Positions 1 through 8,126 of a DNA stretch of 64,000 nt are shown here, in pieces. The position numbers and the translations under genes were made by a program. Origin of the DNA: Candidatus Mediterraneibacter norfolkensis (lineage in GTDB: Bacteria > Bacillota > Clostridia > Lachnospirales > Lachnospiraceae); the NCBI GenBank assembly GCA_019120615.1, contig DWUT01000013.1:2519-66518 (forward strand). The letters are read 5' to 3'. Under the pieces are notes generated by a model, which was given only the letters and a program-made list of their open reading frames with translations, did no database searches and was not told where the DNA came from. Position 1 is the first letter of the stretch; each line of letters opens with the position of its first letter.

Positions 1-1776
1 CTTTGTGGATACCTGGTCGTTGATCAGTTCAAGAATCTCATTGTATTCATTGATCATCTGGGTGACCGTCTCAACAATCTTGTCTGTGTCCGCCTTGGCC
101 GTGAATGTCACAGCCTCCGTATTCTGAATCCGGTCCCCCTTCTCGTCATAGCCGAAGGTGCCGTTTACCGTGATATTCAGACCATCCACGCTCACCGTGT
201 TGGAGTCCCTGACGATCTCGGTCACTTTATTGCTTCCCGCATACTGTACGGCGATGATAGCGTCCTTCCCCTCTGAAACAGTATAACCGCCGGCATCCTT
301 TGTGCCAAACAGGGCGTCCGCCACGTTCCCTGACACCGTCACATGCCCGCTGGCGCCGTTCTGCGTCGCAGTGATGATAAAGCGGTCTGTGTTCTCCTGG
401 TAAGAGATAGTCACACCGGCCTCCGGATCGTTGTTGACCGCGTCTATGATATCCTGGATCGTGCTGTCCGCTGTGATTCCATCTATGGTCTTTCCGTTGA
501 TGACCAGGGACAGAGGCTGAGTTGTATCAAGACTGTTCTTCAGTCCGGACTCAGCGATCGTGGCAGACAGATTCAATCTGTTAGAAACTCCATTCTGGAC
601 TCCAAACAGGGAGTCCTCGCCGGTCAGATAGCCTGTGGATGACGTAATGGAAAGAGTGGAAGAATTATCGTCCGCTCCCGAGGTCACCCTGCCGTCAGCA
701 CCCGTTACGGGTGTGGTCGTCTTAAATGAAAGGGATCCATTCCCACTGCCATCCGTTGTCAGGTCTACCCTGATCCTTCCGTTTCCGAACGCGCTGTTGA
801 GTTCGTCCTGAAGATAGGTCTGCAGTTGATCCAGTGTATTGATCGAATTAAACTCATCCTCAGAGGGCATCTCAATCCATTTGATCGTGCCGTTGTACTC
901 GAAGCTGATGGACTGTCCCGCCAGTTGTTCTTTGATCGTCTTAGACTGAATTGCCGTATTTGTGTTATCTGCTGTAACAGATCTGTTGGTCGCGATCTCA
1001 ATCCCGCCACTCGGCACGGTGAATCCAAGCGTTTCCATGATCTTATTGGATCCCCCTGTGATTGTGATCGTATTTCCCGCACTGTCCTTATTATTAATAA
1101 CCAGCTTATCACCGTCAAGGGATACCTCCATTACGTCAGCCAGAGTTTTTCCGTCGCTCATCGTCACTTCCTTCAGTGATTTGTTGATAGAATCCGCCAC
1201 ATCCTGGGGAGTGTTATAGGAATATCCGTCGCCTCTGCCCAGTGTTACAGTATAGCTGGTATTTCCGTACTTCAACCTAATGGATGATCCCCCAGCGGTG
1301 TTCACTTGCACATTAGCATTAAGATTAGTTGAAATATTCCCCAGAGAAAGTTCTCTGTCTGATGCGTTCTGAGTTGTGGTGAGAGTCGCCTTCTGAGCCA
1401 TCTGTTTTACGCCCAGCACTGTGAGAAGATTCGCAGACTGCGCGGATCCGCTCACTGAGATATACTTGCTGTTCTCTCCGTTTACCGTAACGTCTGAAAG
1501 CCCGAAAAGGGCAGATCCCAGCAGGTTGGTGCTGGAGCTATAAGATGTATACTTCTGTGTAAAATCATAAATCTTGTCCGTGATCTCTCTGATCGCTTCC
1601 TGTTCCCACTCGAGCTTTGTCTTCTGCTGATTTAAACTATCAATCTTGGACTGTGTGCCGGATGTAAGCTGTTCGATCAGTGTATCACGATCCAAACCAC
1701 TCGCCAGTCCGCCGTAACCTCTGATCGAACTTGTGCTCGCAGAAGTTGTGGATGAAAGGCCTCCTATTGTCGCCAT
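1..1776 (-). CDS. fliD: Flagellar filament cap protein FliD (hook-associated protein 2), N-terminal 592 codons; the C-terminus lies beyond the window start
   Basis: Not in the ORF track because no stop falls inside the window. The minus frame is open for all 592 codons from ATG 1774-1776, with GGAG about 10 nt upstream. The N-terminus MATIGGLSSTTS..IRGYGGLASGLDRDTLIEQL..KIDSLNQQKTKLEWEQEAIREI is the conserved FliD N-terminal region. Confidence 0.85.
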   Translation of the reverse strand, partial: MATIGGLSSTTSASTSSIRGYGGLASGLDRDTLIEQLTSGTQSKIDSLNQQKTKLEWEQEAIREITDKIYDFTQKYTSYSSSTNLLGSALFGLSDVTVNGENSKYISVSGSAQSANLLTVLGVKQMAQKATLTTTQNASDRELSLGNISTNLNANVQVNTAGGSSIRLKYGNTSYTVTLGRGDGYSYNTPQDVADSINKSLKEVTMSDGKTLADVMEVSLDGDKLVINNKDSAGNTITITGGSNKIMETLGFTVPSGGIEIATNRSVTADNTNTAIQSKTIKEQLAGQSISFEYNGTIKWIEMPSEDEFNSINTLDQLQTYLQDELNSAFGNGRIRVDLTTDGSGNGSLSFKTTTPVTGADGRVTSGADDNSSTLSITSSTGYLTGEDSLFGVQNGVSNRLNLSATIAESGLKNSLDTTQPLSLVINGKTIDGITADSTIQDIIDAVNNDPEAGVTISYQENTDRFIITATQNGASGHVTVSGNVADALFGTKDAGGYTVSEGKDAIIAVQYAGSNKVTEIVRDSNTVSVDGLNITVNGTFGYDEKGDRIQNTEAVTFTAKADTDKIVETVTQMINEYNEILELINDQVSTK

Positions 1777-1828
1777 AAATCACATCTCCTTTTCTAACAA
1801 TGAATAAAATAAATAGATTCTATAAGAA

Positions 1829-1855
1829 TTATCGTCACTTTTTTATTTTTCTAAA
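1829..1855 (-). promoter_or_regulatory. Candidate sigma-28 (SigD/FliA)-type promoter for fliD
   Basis: The minus strand reads TTTA-N15-GACGATAA. The -10 octamer matches the sigma-28 consensus GCCGATAA at 7/8, but the -35 (consensus TAAA) is poor. It sits in the 102-nt gap between the ComFB-like gene and fliD. Confidence 0.35.
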
Positions 1856-1878
1856 GTTTTCGGAGAAAAATGATCTTT

Positions 1879-2466
1879 TTATTTGTGATGAGGGTTCTTC
1901 TGAACCGCCATGCATGCTTTTGTCACTTCTACTGTTATCCTTCCCGCGTACTTTGTCGAATAGAAATTCATCAGCGGAGAGACTGCGCTCCGGTTGATCA
2001 CAACATACTTGGCCGGCAGCTCCGTGAGCGCAAGAGCGGTCACATCCGCAAGACATCTGCGGCATCCGCAAACATGGAACTGACTGATATACTGCGGTAC
2101 TTTCTCCTTGACCAGACGCTCCATCACATTAACAATAAAGAAATCGTCCTCCTCTTCCTCTGCCTTCTCGGAAGAAGGTTCCTGGGCCTTTTTCGGAGGT
2201 TCTTCTTTTTTTTCAGAGACCGGCGCTTTCTGCTTCTGTGCTTCCTGCTCTTTCTTCGCCTCTTTCTCATCCATCTCCTCTTTCACGGCTGTCTGGAACT
2301 CTTTCTCCAGCGTATCCCGTATCTGATCAGCCACACCGTCGTCGTTTTTGCGCACGATGGATACGCTGGGCGGCTGTCCTGCCGGGGTCTCCGTCTCGGA
2401 AGCCGCTTTCACTCCCGATGTGAGAAGGTTCAGTACATGGTTTGTCTTATTTGTTTTCCTGCTCAT
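1879..2466 (-). CDS. ComFB-domain protein with a long charged low-complexity N-terminal region
   Basis: 195 aa, ATG 2464-2466. The C-terminal ~85 aa (VNVMERLVKEKVPQYISQFHVCGCRRCLADVTALALTELPAKYVV..KACMAVQKNPHH) fit the ComFB family, including the CxCxxC cysteines. The N-terminal ~110 aa are K/E/A/P-rich. Confidence 0.7.
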   Translation of the reverse strand: MSRKTNKTNHVLNLLTSGVKAASETETPAGQPPSVSIVRKNDDGVADQIRDTLEKEFQTAVKEEMDEKEAKKEQEAQKQKAPVSEKKEEPPKKAQEPSSEKAEEEEDDFFIVNVMERLVKEKVPQYISQFHVCGCRRCLADVTALALTELPAKYVVINRSAVSPLMNFYSTKYAGRITVEVTKACMAVQKNPHHK

Positions 2467-2489
2467 ATGATGTGTTCCTTCTCTCTTAT

Positions 2490-3263
2490 TTATTGTCCGG
2501 ATCCGATTCTGCCCATGACCTCATCCACAAACATGGAATAGTCTTTTGCCGGATTTGATCTGGGGGCATAGGAAAAGATATCGCTCCCATGGGCCGGTGC
2601 TTCCGCCGCCGCCACACCAGAACGAATCTTTGCGTCAAAAAGCGCTGTTTTTGTCTGCTCAGCCACAGCTTCGGCCATCTCCAGCACATCGGCGGCAAGC
2701 CGTGTCCTGCGGTTGTATTTCGTCAGCAGGATTCCGAGAACCCGAAGTCTCGGATTCACGGACGCCTTTACTTCACTGACCGTCTCCTGGAGCTGGATCA
2801 GCCCTACCAGGCTCAGGATCTCTGATGCCATGGGGATGATCAGATAATCGGAGGCCGCGTATCCGTTCAGTGTCAGTATGTTCAGCGAAGGAGGGGTGTC
2901 AATGATAATGAAGTCGTAATCATTTCTCACCTGATCCAGCGATTCCCGCAGGAGCATTACCCTGTTCGCGGACTGGAACTCGATCTCCGCTTCACTTAGA
3001 AGAATATTGGACGGAATCACATGATATCCGTCCTCTGTTGTATGAATGACCTCATTTACCGGAGTCCTGTTCTTGAGCATATCATAGACAGTGAGGGAAT
3101 TATCGATATCCATCCCTAGGCTGAACCCAAGGTTTCCCTGTGGATCCAGGTCTATGGCAAGGACTCTTTTTCCCCGGCGTACCAGCCCGGCTGTGAGAGC
3201 CGCCGCAGTCGTTGTTTTCCCGACTCCGCCCTTCTGATTCGTCAATACGATTGTAACAGCCAC
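2490..3263 (-). CDS. ParA/Soj-family ATPase (orphan, no adjacent ParB)
   Basis: GTG start at 3263 with GGAGG 8 nt upstream. Carries the deviant Walker A NQKGGVGKTT, plus AIDLDPQGN and IIIDTPPS. It is collinear with Soj/ParA rather than with the MinD/FlhG signature. Confidence 0.85.
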   Translation of the reverse strand: MAVTIVLTNQKGGVGKTTTAAALTAGLVRRGKRVLAIDLDPQGNLGFSLGMDIDNSLTVYDMLKNRTPVNEVIHTTEDGYHVIPSNILLSEAEIEFQSANRVMLLRESLDQVRNDYDFIIIDTPPSLNILTLNGYAASDYLIIPMASEILSLVGLIQLQETVSEVKASVNPRLRVLGILLTKYNRRTRLAADVLEMAEAVAEQTKTALFDAKIRSGVAAAEAPAHGSDIFSYAPRSNPAKDYSMFVDEVMGRIGSGQ

Positions 3264-3275
3264 TTTTTTCCTCCT

Positions 3276-4583
3276 TTACTGCAGCACATCCTCGATTTTT
3301 TCCCCGGTATTCTCCCGTGGCTTGAACATGCTGTCTTCGCCTGGCCTTGTATACTCTCCGGTCAGGCTGTCCCAGACAGAACTTACCTCTTCCACGCAGT
3401 TGATATAAATCTGGGACAGAAGGGAAGTCGGAACGTCCATCTCTTTTGCGAGGATCTGGCACTGTTTCCAATCTGCTTTCTCGTAGCAGATCACAAGGTC
3501 AAGCAGCTTGCCCGCGTCGCCTTCCCTTCGGATCAGGGCGTTCTTTATCACCGTGTCGATCGGGATTTCACCGATGATCTCCTCTATGGAAGCGTCTACC
3601 ATATATTCCAGAGTAGAAAACATTCCCATCATATAAGCTTCTGAAGGAGTGATGAATTTCATTCCTGTATTCTGGATCAATTCTTCTGCAAATTTCGCGC
3701 GGAGGAACGAAAGCCTTAAGATCTCATCAGATCCCTCGCTTCCCTCGTTGTTCAGACTCAGCATATAGATCCACTGGCGGAGCTGGCTGATACCCATGGT
3801 CATGATCGCCTGCTGGATCGATGCGGTTCTCCTGCGAAGAGCAAAATAGGCAGAATTGACCAGCTTCAGGAGAGAGTAACTCAGTCCCGCGTCCCTGCTG
3901 ATGATCTCTTCGATCTCAGAGATATCCGGCTCATCGCGTGATACCGCAACAACAAGCTGGAAGAAGTTCCCCTGAAGGTAATCCACTTTCTCAGCCTTTA
4001 CAGAAAGAGTTTCCGCTACATAATTCCCTTCGATATAATCCGCCTTCAGGTCAATCGCCTGTTCATATTCTTCTTTTGTATCCGCATCAGTGACGATACA
4101 CTTTTTCCCGAATCCATGAGTCATGTTGATCACATTCTCCATAGACACTTTCTCTTTTGACGACAGATTTTTCTTCATCCTCAGCCGGATAAAATCAGCA
4201 TATTCCAGCAGACTGAAGTATTTTGGAGAAAACTGGAAATCATTGATGGCAAAACGGTAACCTTCCTTGTGGTATTTCTCGATGATCGGCATTGCCAGCG
4301 GATGAACGATCAGGTTGTCGCCAATTTGTATCACAACTTTGTCTTTCTGGAAGATCTTGGGAGTGTTCCTCAAAAGCAAAGACGGTGTAAAAGTCAGGAA
4401 TATCTGCTTCTCTCGGAATATCTTATCACTGTTGTTCATCAGGAAGCTGGCAATCGTGTCTGCTGCAGAATTACTGTTTTCTCCGTACAGATCCTCTCCT
4501 CCTTTTTCGAACAAAAGCTCATATCCGAGAATGTGGTCCGAGTCCACCGACCTTATTGCACGTTTAACTACGAACTGTTTCAT
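3276..4583 (-). CDS. EAL-like (degenerate) plus HDOD domain signalling protein, PdeH/YuxH architecture (COG3434-like)
   Basis: Start moved to ATG 4583 (GGAGG RBS); the ORF-track start at 4697 would overlap cheV by 134 nt. The N-terminus has an EAL-fold signature (GYELLF). The C-terminus has an HDOD-like segment (LLKLVNSAYFALRRRTASIQQAIMTMGISQLRQW). Confidence 0.7.
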   Translation of the reverse strand: MKQFVVKRAIRSVDSDHILGYELLFEKGGEDLYGENSNSAADTIASFLMNNSDKIFREKQIFLTFTPSLLLRNTPKIFQKDKVVIQIGDNLIVHPLAMPIIEKYHKEGYRFAINDFQFSPKYFSLLEYADFIRLRMKKNLSSKEKVSMENVINMTHGFGKKCIVTDADTKEEYEQAIDLKADYIEGNYVAETLSVKAEKVDYLQGNFFQLVVAVSRDEPDISEIEEIISRDAGLSYSLLKLVNSAYFALRRRTASIQQAIMTMGISQLRQWIYMLSLNNEGSEGSDEILRLSFLRAKFAEELIQNTGMKFITPSEAYMMGMFSTLEYMVDASIEEIIGEIPIDTVIKNALIRREGDAGKLLDLVICYEKADWKQCQILAKEMDVPTSLLSQIYINCVEEVSSVWDSLTGEYTRPGEDSMFKPRENTGEKIEDVLQ

Positions 4584-5499
4584 CTTTCTTCCTCCTTTCG
4601 ATAAGTTCATCCATGATGGAGACCAGATGGCCGATCTCCGGTTTGGAGAGTTGCTCGTCAGCGCCAAGCTCTCTTCCTTTTCTTTCCATCTCCTCATTGA
4701 TAAGTGAAGAGAATATGATCAGAGGTATTTTTTTGAGCTTTTCATCGCTTTTTACCAGTTTTGTGAGATGATGCCCGTCCATCTGCGGCATCTCAATATC
4801 TGTAATGATCAGGGCCGCCTTCTCTGAGAGATCGGAATCATTACGGATCGACTCAAGATAATTCCAGGCTTCCTGACCGTTATTGAATTTCTTGATATTG
4901 TGATATCCCGCCTTATTCAGGGACTGTTCCACCATGCGCGACAGGAGCAGGGAGTCTTCCGCAAAGATGATCGACTCGTTCTTCCTCACTTCCTCCGGCA
5001 CCTGCTTCACTTCGTCCAGCTGTATCCCGGTCTCGGGCGCGATCTCAGCCACGATCTTCTCAAAGTCAAGGATGGTGACGAGATCCGTGCCGCACTGAGC
5101 GATCCCTGTCGCTATCCCTTCCTCTTTTCCGCTGTTGAGCGTCTTGTCCGGCTTGCGGATATCCGCCCAGGAAATCCTCCGTATCCCTACTACAGTATGC
5201 ACGCGGAACGCAATATTCATCTTGTTAAAATTTGTAATGATAAAAAGATCTTTCTCCTGGGGAGTGGTCGTCCTGCCGGTCAGATAGAAAGGAAGATCCA
5301 CCACAGTCAGCATGATATCTCTGGGTTTAAATATTCCCTCCACAGCGGAATCCGAGTGAGGAATTGGTTTTACATGGGCGGACATCATGATCTCTTTGAC
5401 TTTCGCCACATTGATCCCATACAGCTCCCCGTAGATTGTAAATTCCATGATCTCAATTTCATTCGTCCCTGATTCCAGCAATATCGATGTTTCTGCCAT
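4564..5499 (-). CDS. cheV: Chemotaxis coupling protein CheV (CheW-like domain plus receiver domain)
   Basis: N-terminal CheW-like domain (EIEIMEFTIYGELYGINVAKVKEI) followed by a receiver domain (IIFAEDS..IITDIEMPQMDGHHL..LSKP). GGAGG RBS. Confidence 0.9.
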   Translation of the reverse strand: MAETSILLESGTNEIEIMEFTIYGELYGINVAKVKEIMMSAHVKPIPHSDSAVEGIFKPRDIMLTVVDLPFYLTGRTTTPQEKDLFIITNFNKMNIAFRVHTVVGIRRISWADIRKPDKTLNSGKEEGIATGIAQCGTDLVTILDFEKIVAEIAPETGIQLDEVKQVPEEVRKNESIIFAEDSLLLSRMVEQSLNKAGYHNIKKFNNGQEAWNYLESIRNDSDLSEKAALIITDIEMPQMDGHHLTKLVKSDEKLKKIPLIIFSSLINEEMERKGRELGADEQLSKPEIGHLVSIMDELIERRKKDETVRS

Positions 5500-5540
5500 C
5501 CTGATTTTCCTCCTTTTTCAACTTTTTACGGTATGGTCAT

Positions 5541-6020
5541 CTACAGTATGACTTCATTTCGGCCCATGGTCCGGACCCTGACTATCCCGCTGCTGACATC
5601 GATCAGCATCGTCCTGGCATAGTTTTTCCCCACATCCTCTCCCTGGATCCGGATCCTTTCCTGTGCCAGAGTTTCTCTTACGCTTGCAATATTCCTCTCT
5701 CCGATATTTCCGATCGGTCCCGTCATCTGGAACATCTGTGCCCCTCCGGCAATCTTGCATACATACCTGCTTTTCACACCGCCGTAAGCCGCCATTTTCC
5801 GGAGCATCTCCTGGATTCCCGAATCGGCGAACTTAAACGGCGTCGCAGCCGCCTGTGCCCCGGCCTTTGGGAGCATGACATGGAGAAGCCCGCCAAGCTT
5901 TATGACGGGATCATACAGTGTGATCCCGATGCAGGATCCAAGGGCGTATGTGATCAGAGTACCTTCCATCCTCAATACCTTCATATCGCCGATCCCGATC
6001 TTTACTTCATTATTCCTCAT
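5541..6020 (-). CDS. cheD: Chemoreceptor glutamine deamidase CheD
   Basis: 159 aa. IGIGDMKV..ITYALGSCIGITLYDP..GGLLHVMLP is typical of CheD. It overlaps the cheC stop by 11 nt. Confidence 0.9.
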   Translation of the reverse strand: MRNNEVKIGIGDMKVLRMEGTLITYALGSCIGITLYDPVIKLGGLLHVMLPKAGAQAAATPFKFADSGIQEMLRKMAAYGGVKSRYVCKIAGGAQMFQMTGPIGNIGERNIASVRETLAQERIRIQGEDVGKNYARTMLIDVSSGIVRVRTMGRNEVIL

Positions 6021-6639
6021 AGACTTTCCCCAGTTCGTTCATCAGTACGTTCAGAGACTCAATATCCGGCATCATCAGGATTGTGCTGTCTAATTTTTTA
6101 TCATCCACGACCAGGCCGCCGTCCATCAGGAGAAGTTTATCTGTCACATATCCGAATTCGGCCATCGGGACGGTTAAGATTCCGCCAAGCATGTTAATGG
6201 ATGTGGAAGGTACGCTGAGCTTTATGGTTATTCCTGTAAGAGAGGAAATGGCGTTGGCATAAGATGAAATAATGATATTTCCGACCTCTGAGAGAACAGA
6301 CATCTCCATCGTCGTCATATCGTTGTAGCTCTCTATTGTCTGATTCAGCATTTTCTTAAGTACTTCGTTAATAAAGTCAAGTCTCAGGAGAAAGAGCATG
6401 ATCCCCTGGATCTCTCCGCTCATGCATGTGAGCACCGCAGCGATCCCCTCCTCGGGATCGCCGACTTTATCAATCGTCTCTGAATACCCGAGGATGCTGA
6501 TCTCAGGTATCGTCATTCTGACTTTTGTCCCGAGCATGCTCGCAAGGGAGGTCGCTGCATAGCCGGTTCCCATGCTCGCGATCTCCCTGAGGATATCCAG
6601 TTCTCTTTCTCCCATCTCATCATATCTGTTTATCTTCAT
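6010..6639 (-). CDS. cheC: CheY-P phosphatase CheC
   Basis: 209 aa with two CheC-type repeats (ELDILREIASMGTGYAATSLASML and EMSVLSEVGNIIISSYANAIS). Sits in cheC-cheD order as in Bacillus. Confidence 0.85.
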   Translation of the reverse strand: MKINRYDEMGERELDILREIASMGTGYAATSLASMLGTKVRMTIPEISILGYSETIDKVGDPEEGIAAVLTCMSGEIQGIMLFLLRLDFINEVLKKMLNQTIESYNDMTTMEMSVLSEVGNIIISSYANAISSLTGITIKLSVPSTSINMLGGILTVPMAEFGYVTDKLLLMDGGLVVDDKKLDSTILMMPDIESLNVLMNELGKVYEE

Positions 6640-6645
6640 AGTTTA

Positions 6646-7347
6646 CTATCCCCGCAATTCGTTTATTGTCTGCTCCACTTCGTCTGCTGTCTGCACCATA
6701 CGGAGCATATAGGAGTAGGACCTCTGTGAAATGATCACTTTTGACATCTGATCCGCAAGGTCAACATTGGAGTTCTCCAGTGATCCCTGGACCAGCGTCG
6801 CGTTTCCCGCCTGCATTACCGGGCCATTTTTATCTACCGGGACAAAGTAGTTGTCTCCGACACTCATCATACCGTTGGTGTTGGCAAAATCAAACATTCC
6901 CGGAAGAGCAGTCAGTTCTCCGTTCACATACCGGATCGGATTCTGCTGGGCATCCAACACAAGATTCCCCTCAGAGTCAGCCAGATACATGCCGTCCGCC
7001 CTCTCTGAGAGAGAAAAGCTTCCGCTTCTCGTATAAGTGATATCACCGTCCGCGGGATCCTGGATCATAAAAAAACCATTTCCCTGGATCGCGAAATCAA
7101 AGTCCCTTCCTGTACGCAGCAACGCTGCCCCGCTGAAGTCCGTATCCGTCTGTCGGACGATCGTGCCGGTTCCGGCCTGCATATCCTCGTCCAGCCCTCT
7201 CAGACCGTAATACATCAGATCCTGAAAGGAAGCGTCTTTTGTCTTATATCCGCTGGTGTTAATATTCGCGATGTTGTTGGAAAGAATATCCATATGTGTC
7301 TGCTGCGTCATTGCGCCGCGAACCGCTGTATAAAATGAAGTGTCCAT
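6646..7347 (-). CDS. flgG: Flagellar basal-body rod protein, FlgG family
   Basis: N-terminal rod motif (AMTQQTHMDILSNNIANINTSGYK) and C-terminal motif (LENSNVDLADQMSKVIISQRSYS). GGAGG RBS. The F versus G naming is by gene order only. Confidence 0.75.
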   Translation of the reverse strand: MDTSFYTAVRGAMTQQTHMDILSNNIANINTSGYKTKDASFQDLMYYGLRGLDEDMQAGTGTIVRQTDTDFSGAALLRTGRDFDFAIQGNGFFMIQDPADGDITYTRSGSFSLSERADGMYLADSEGNLVLDAQQNPIRYVNGELTALPGMFDFANTNGMMSVGDNYFVPVDKNGPVMQAGNATLVQGSLENSNVDLADQMSKVIISQRSYSYMLRMVQTADEVEQTINELRG

Positions 7348-7367
7348 CCGTATCTCTCCTCCTTATG

Positions 7368-8120
7368 TTACTGTGTCGGGCCAAGGTTGGTCGTCATCTG
7401 GCTGATCAGCTGATCGTATATCCTCATGATCTGAGCAGAACTCTGAAGCGCTCTCTGGCTTGCCATCATGCGTGTCATCTGCTCTACCGGGTCTGCGTTG
7501 GAATTTTCCAGTGTTCTCCAGCTGATCTGCGCGTCAGTCTGCACGGCATTCCCCGCAGAGGTAAAGATATTGCCTTCACCTTTGAGAAGCTGGTCGTAAT
7601 CCTGGAAATCAACGACCATCAGCTGGCCCAGCAGTGCGTCGGACTGCTCATCATAGATGCGGCCCTGACTGTCTGCGGTCACTCTGTCTGTACCCAGATA
7701 GATGGGGCCGTTTTCGCCGAGCACACGGCCGACGCCGGGAAGCGTAAGATAGCCCTCATCGTCCAGGGAGAAACTTCCGTCCCTCGTATACACTGTCCCG
7801 TCGTCAGTCTGAACCGGGAAAAACCCGTTTCCGCTGATGGCAAAATCCAGCGCGCTGTCCGTTGTGGAGAAAGTTCCCTGAGAGTAATCCGTCACAGTTC
7901 CGTCTCCGGCAGTGATCATAGACTTATCTCCGATCACAGTCGTACCGGCTTTGACCTTATTTCCGGTCCTCAGAAGAAGTTCACTCTGAAAATCAGATAT
8001 GATGAACCGATCCTCCTTAAATCCCGGAGTCGTGACATTGGACATGTTGTTGCTGATCACATCGAGGTTTCTGCTCTGAGTGAGCATCCCTGATGTCAGT
8101 CTGTAAAACCCTTGAAACAT
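7368..8120 (-). CDS. flgF: Flagellar basal-body rod protein, FlgF/FlgG family
   Basis: N-terminal MLTQSRNLDVISNNMSNVTTPGFK and C-terminal LENSNADPVEQMTRMMASQRALQ. It is the upstream gene of the pair, and the naming is by order only. Confidence 0.7.
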   Translation of the reverse strand: MFQGFYRLTSGMLTQSRNLDVISNNMSNVTTPGFKEDRFIISDFQSELLLRTGNKVKAGTTVIGDKSMITAGDGTVTDYSQGTFSTTDSALDFAISGNGFFPVQTDDGTVYTRDGSFSLDDEGYLTLPGVGRVLGENGPIYLGTDRVTADSQGRIYDEQSDALLGQLMVVDFQDYDQLLKGEGNIFTSAGNAVQTDAQISWRTLENSNADPVEQMTRMMASQRALQSSAQIMRIYDQLISQMTTNLGPTQ

Positions 8121-8126
8121 ATTGCG

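Noticed and set aside
1870-2541. 223-aa plus-strand ORF overlapping the ComFB-like gene
   Set aside because: Its F/L/R/C-rich nonsense-like translation is antisense to a gene with a clear ComFB C-terminal domain and an RBS.
7296-8093. 265-aa plus-strand ORF, and similar long plus-strand ORFs at 9577-10272, 12059-12853, 17446-18237, 47543-48298, 50090-50911 and 58280-59080
   Set aside because: All lie antisense to strongly supported minus-strand genes (rod protein, flhA, fliR, motB, hisD, hisZ, M23 peptidase). None has a recognisable domain or an RBS.
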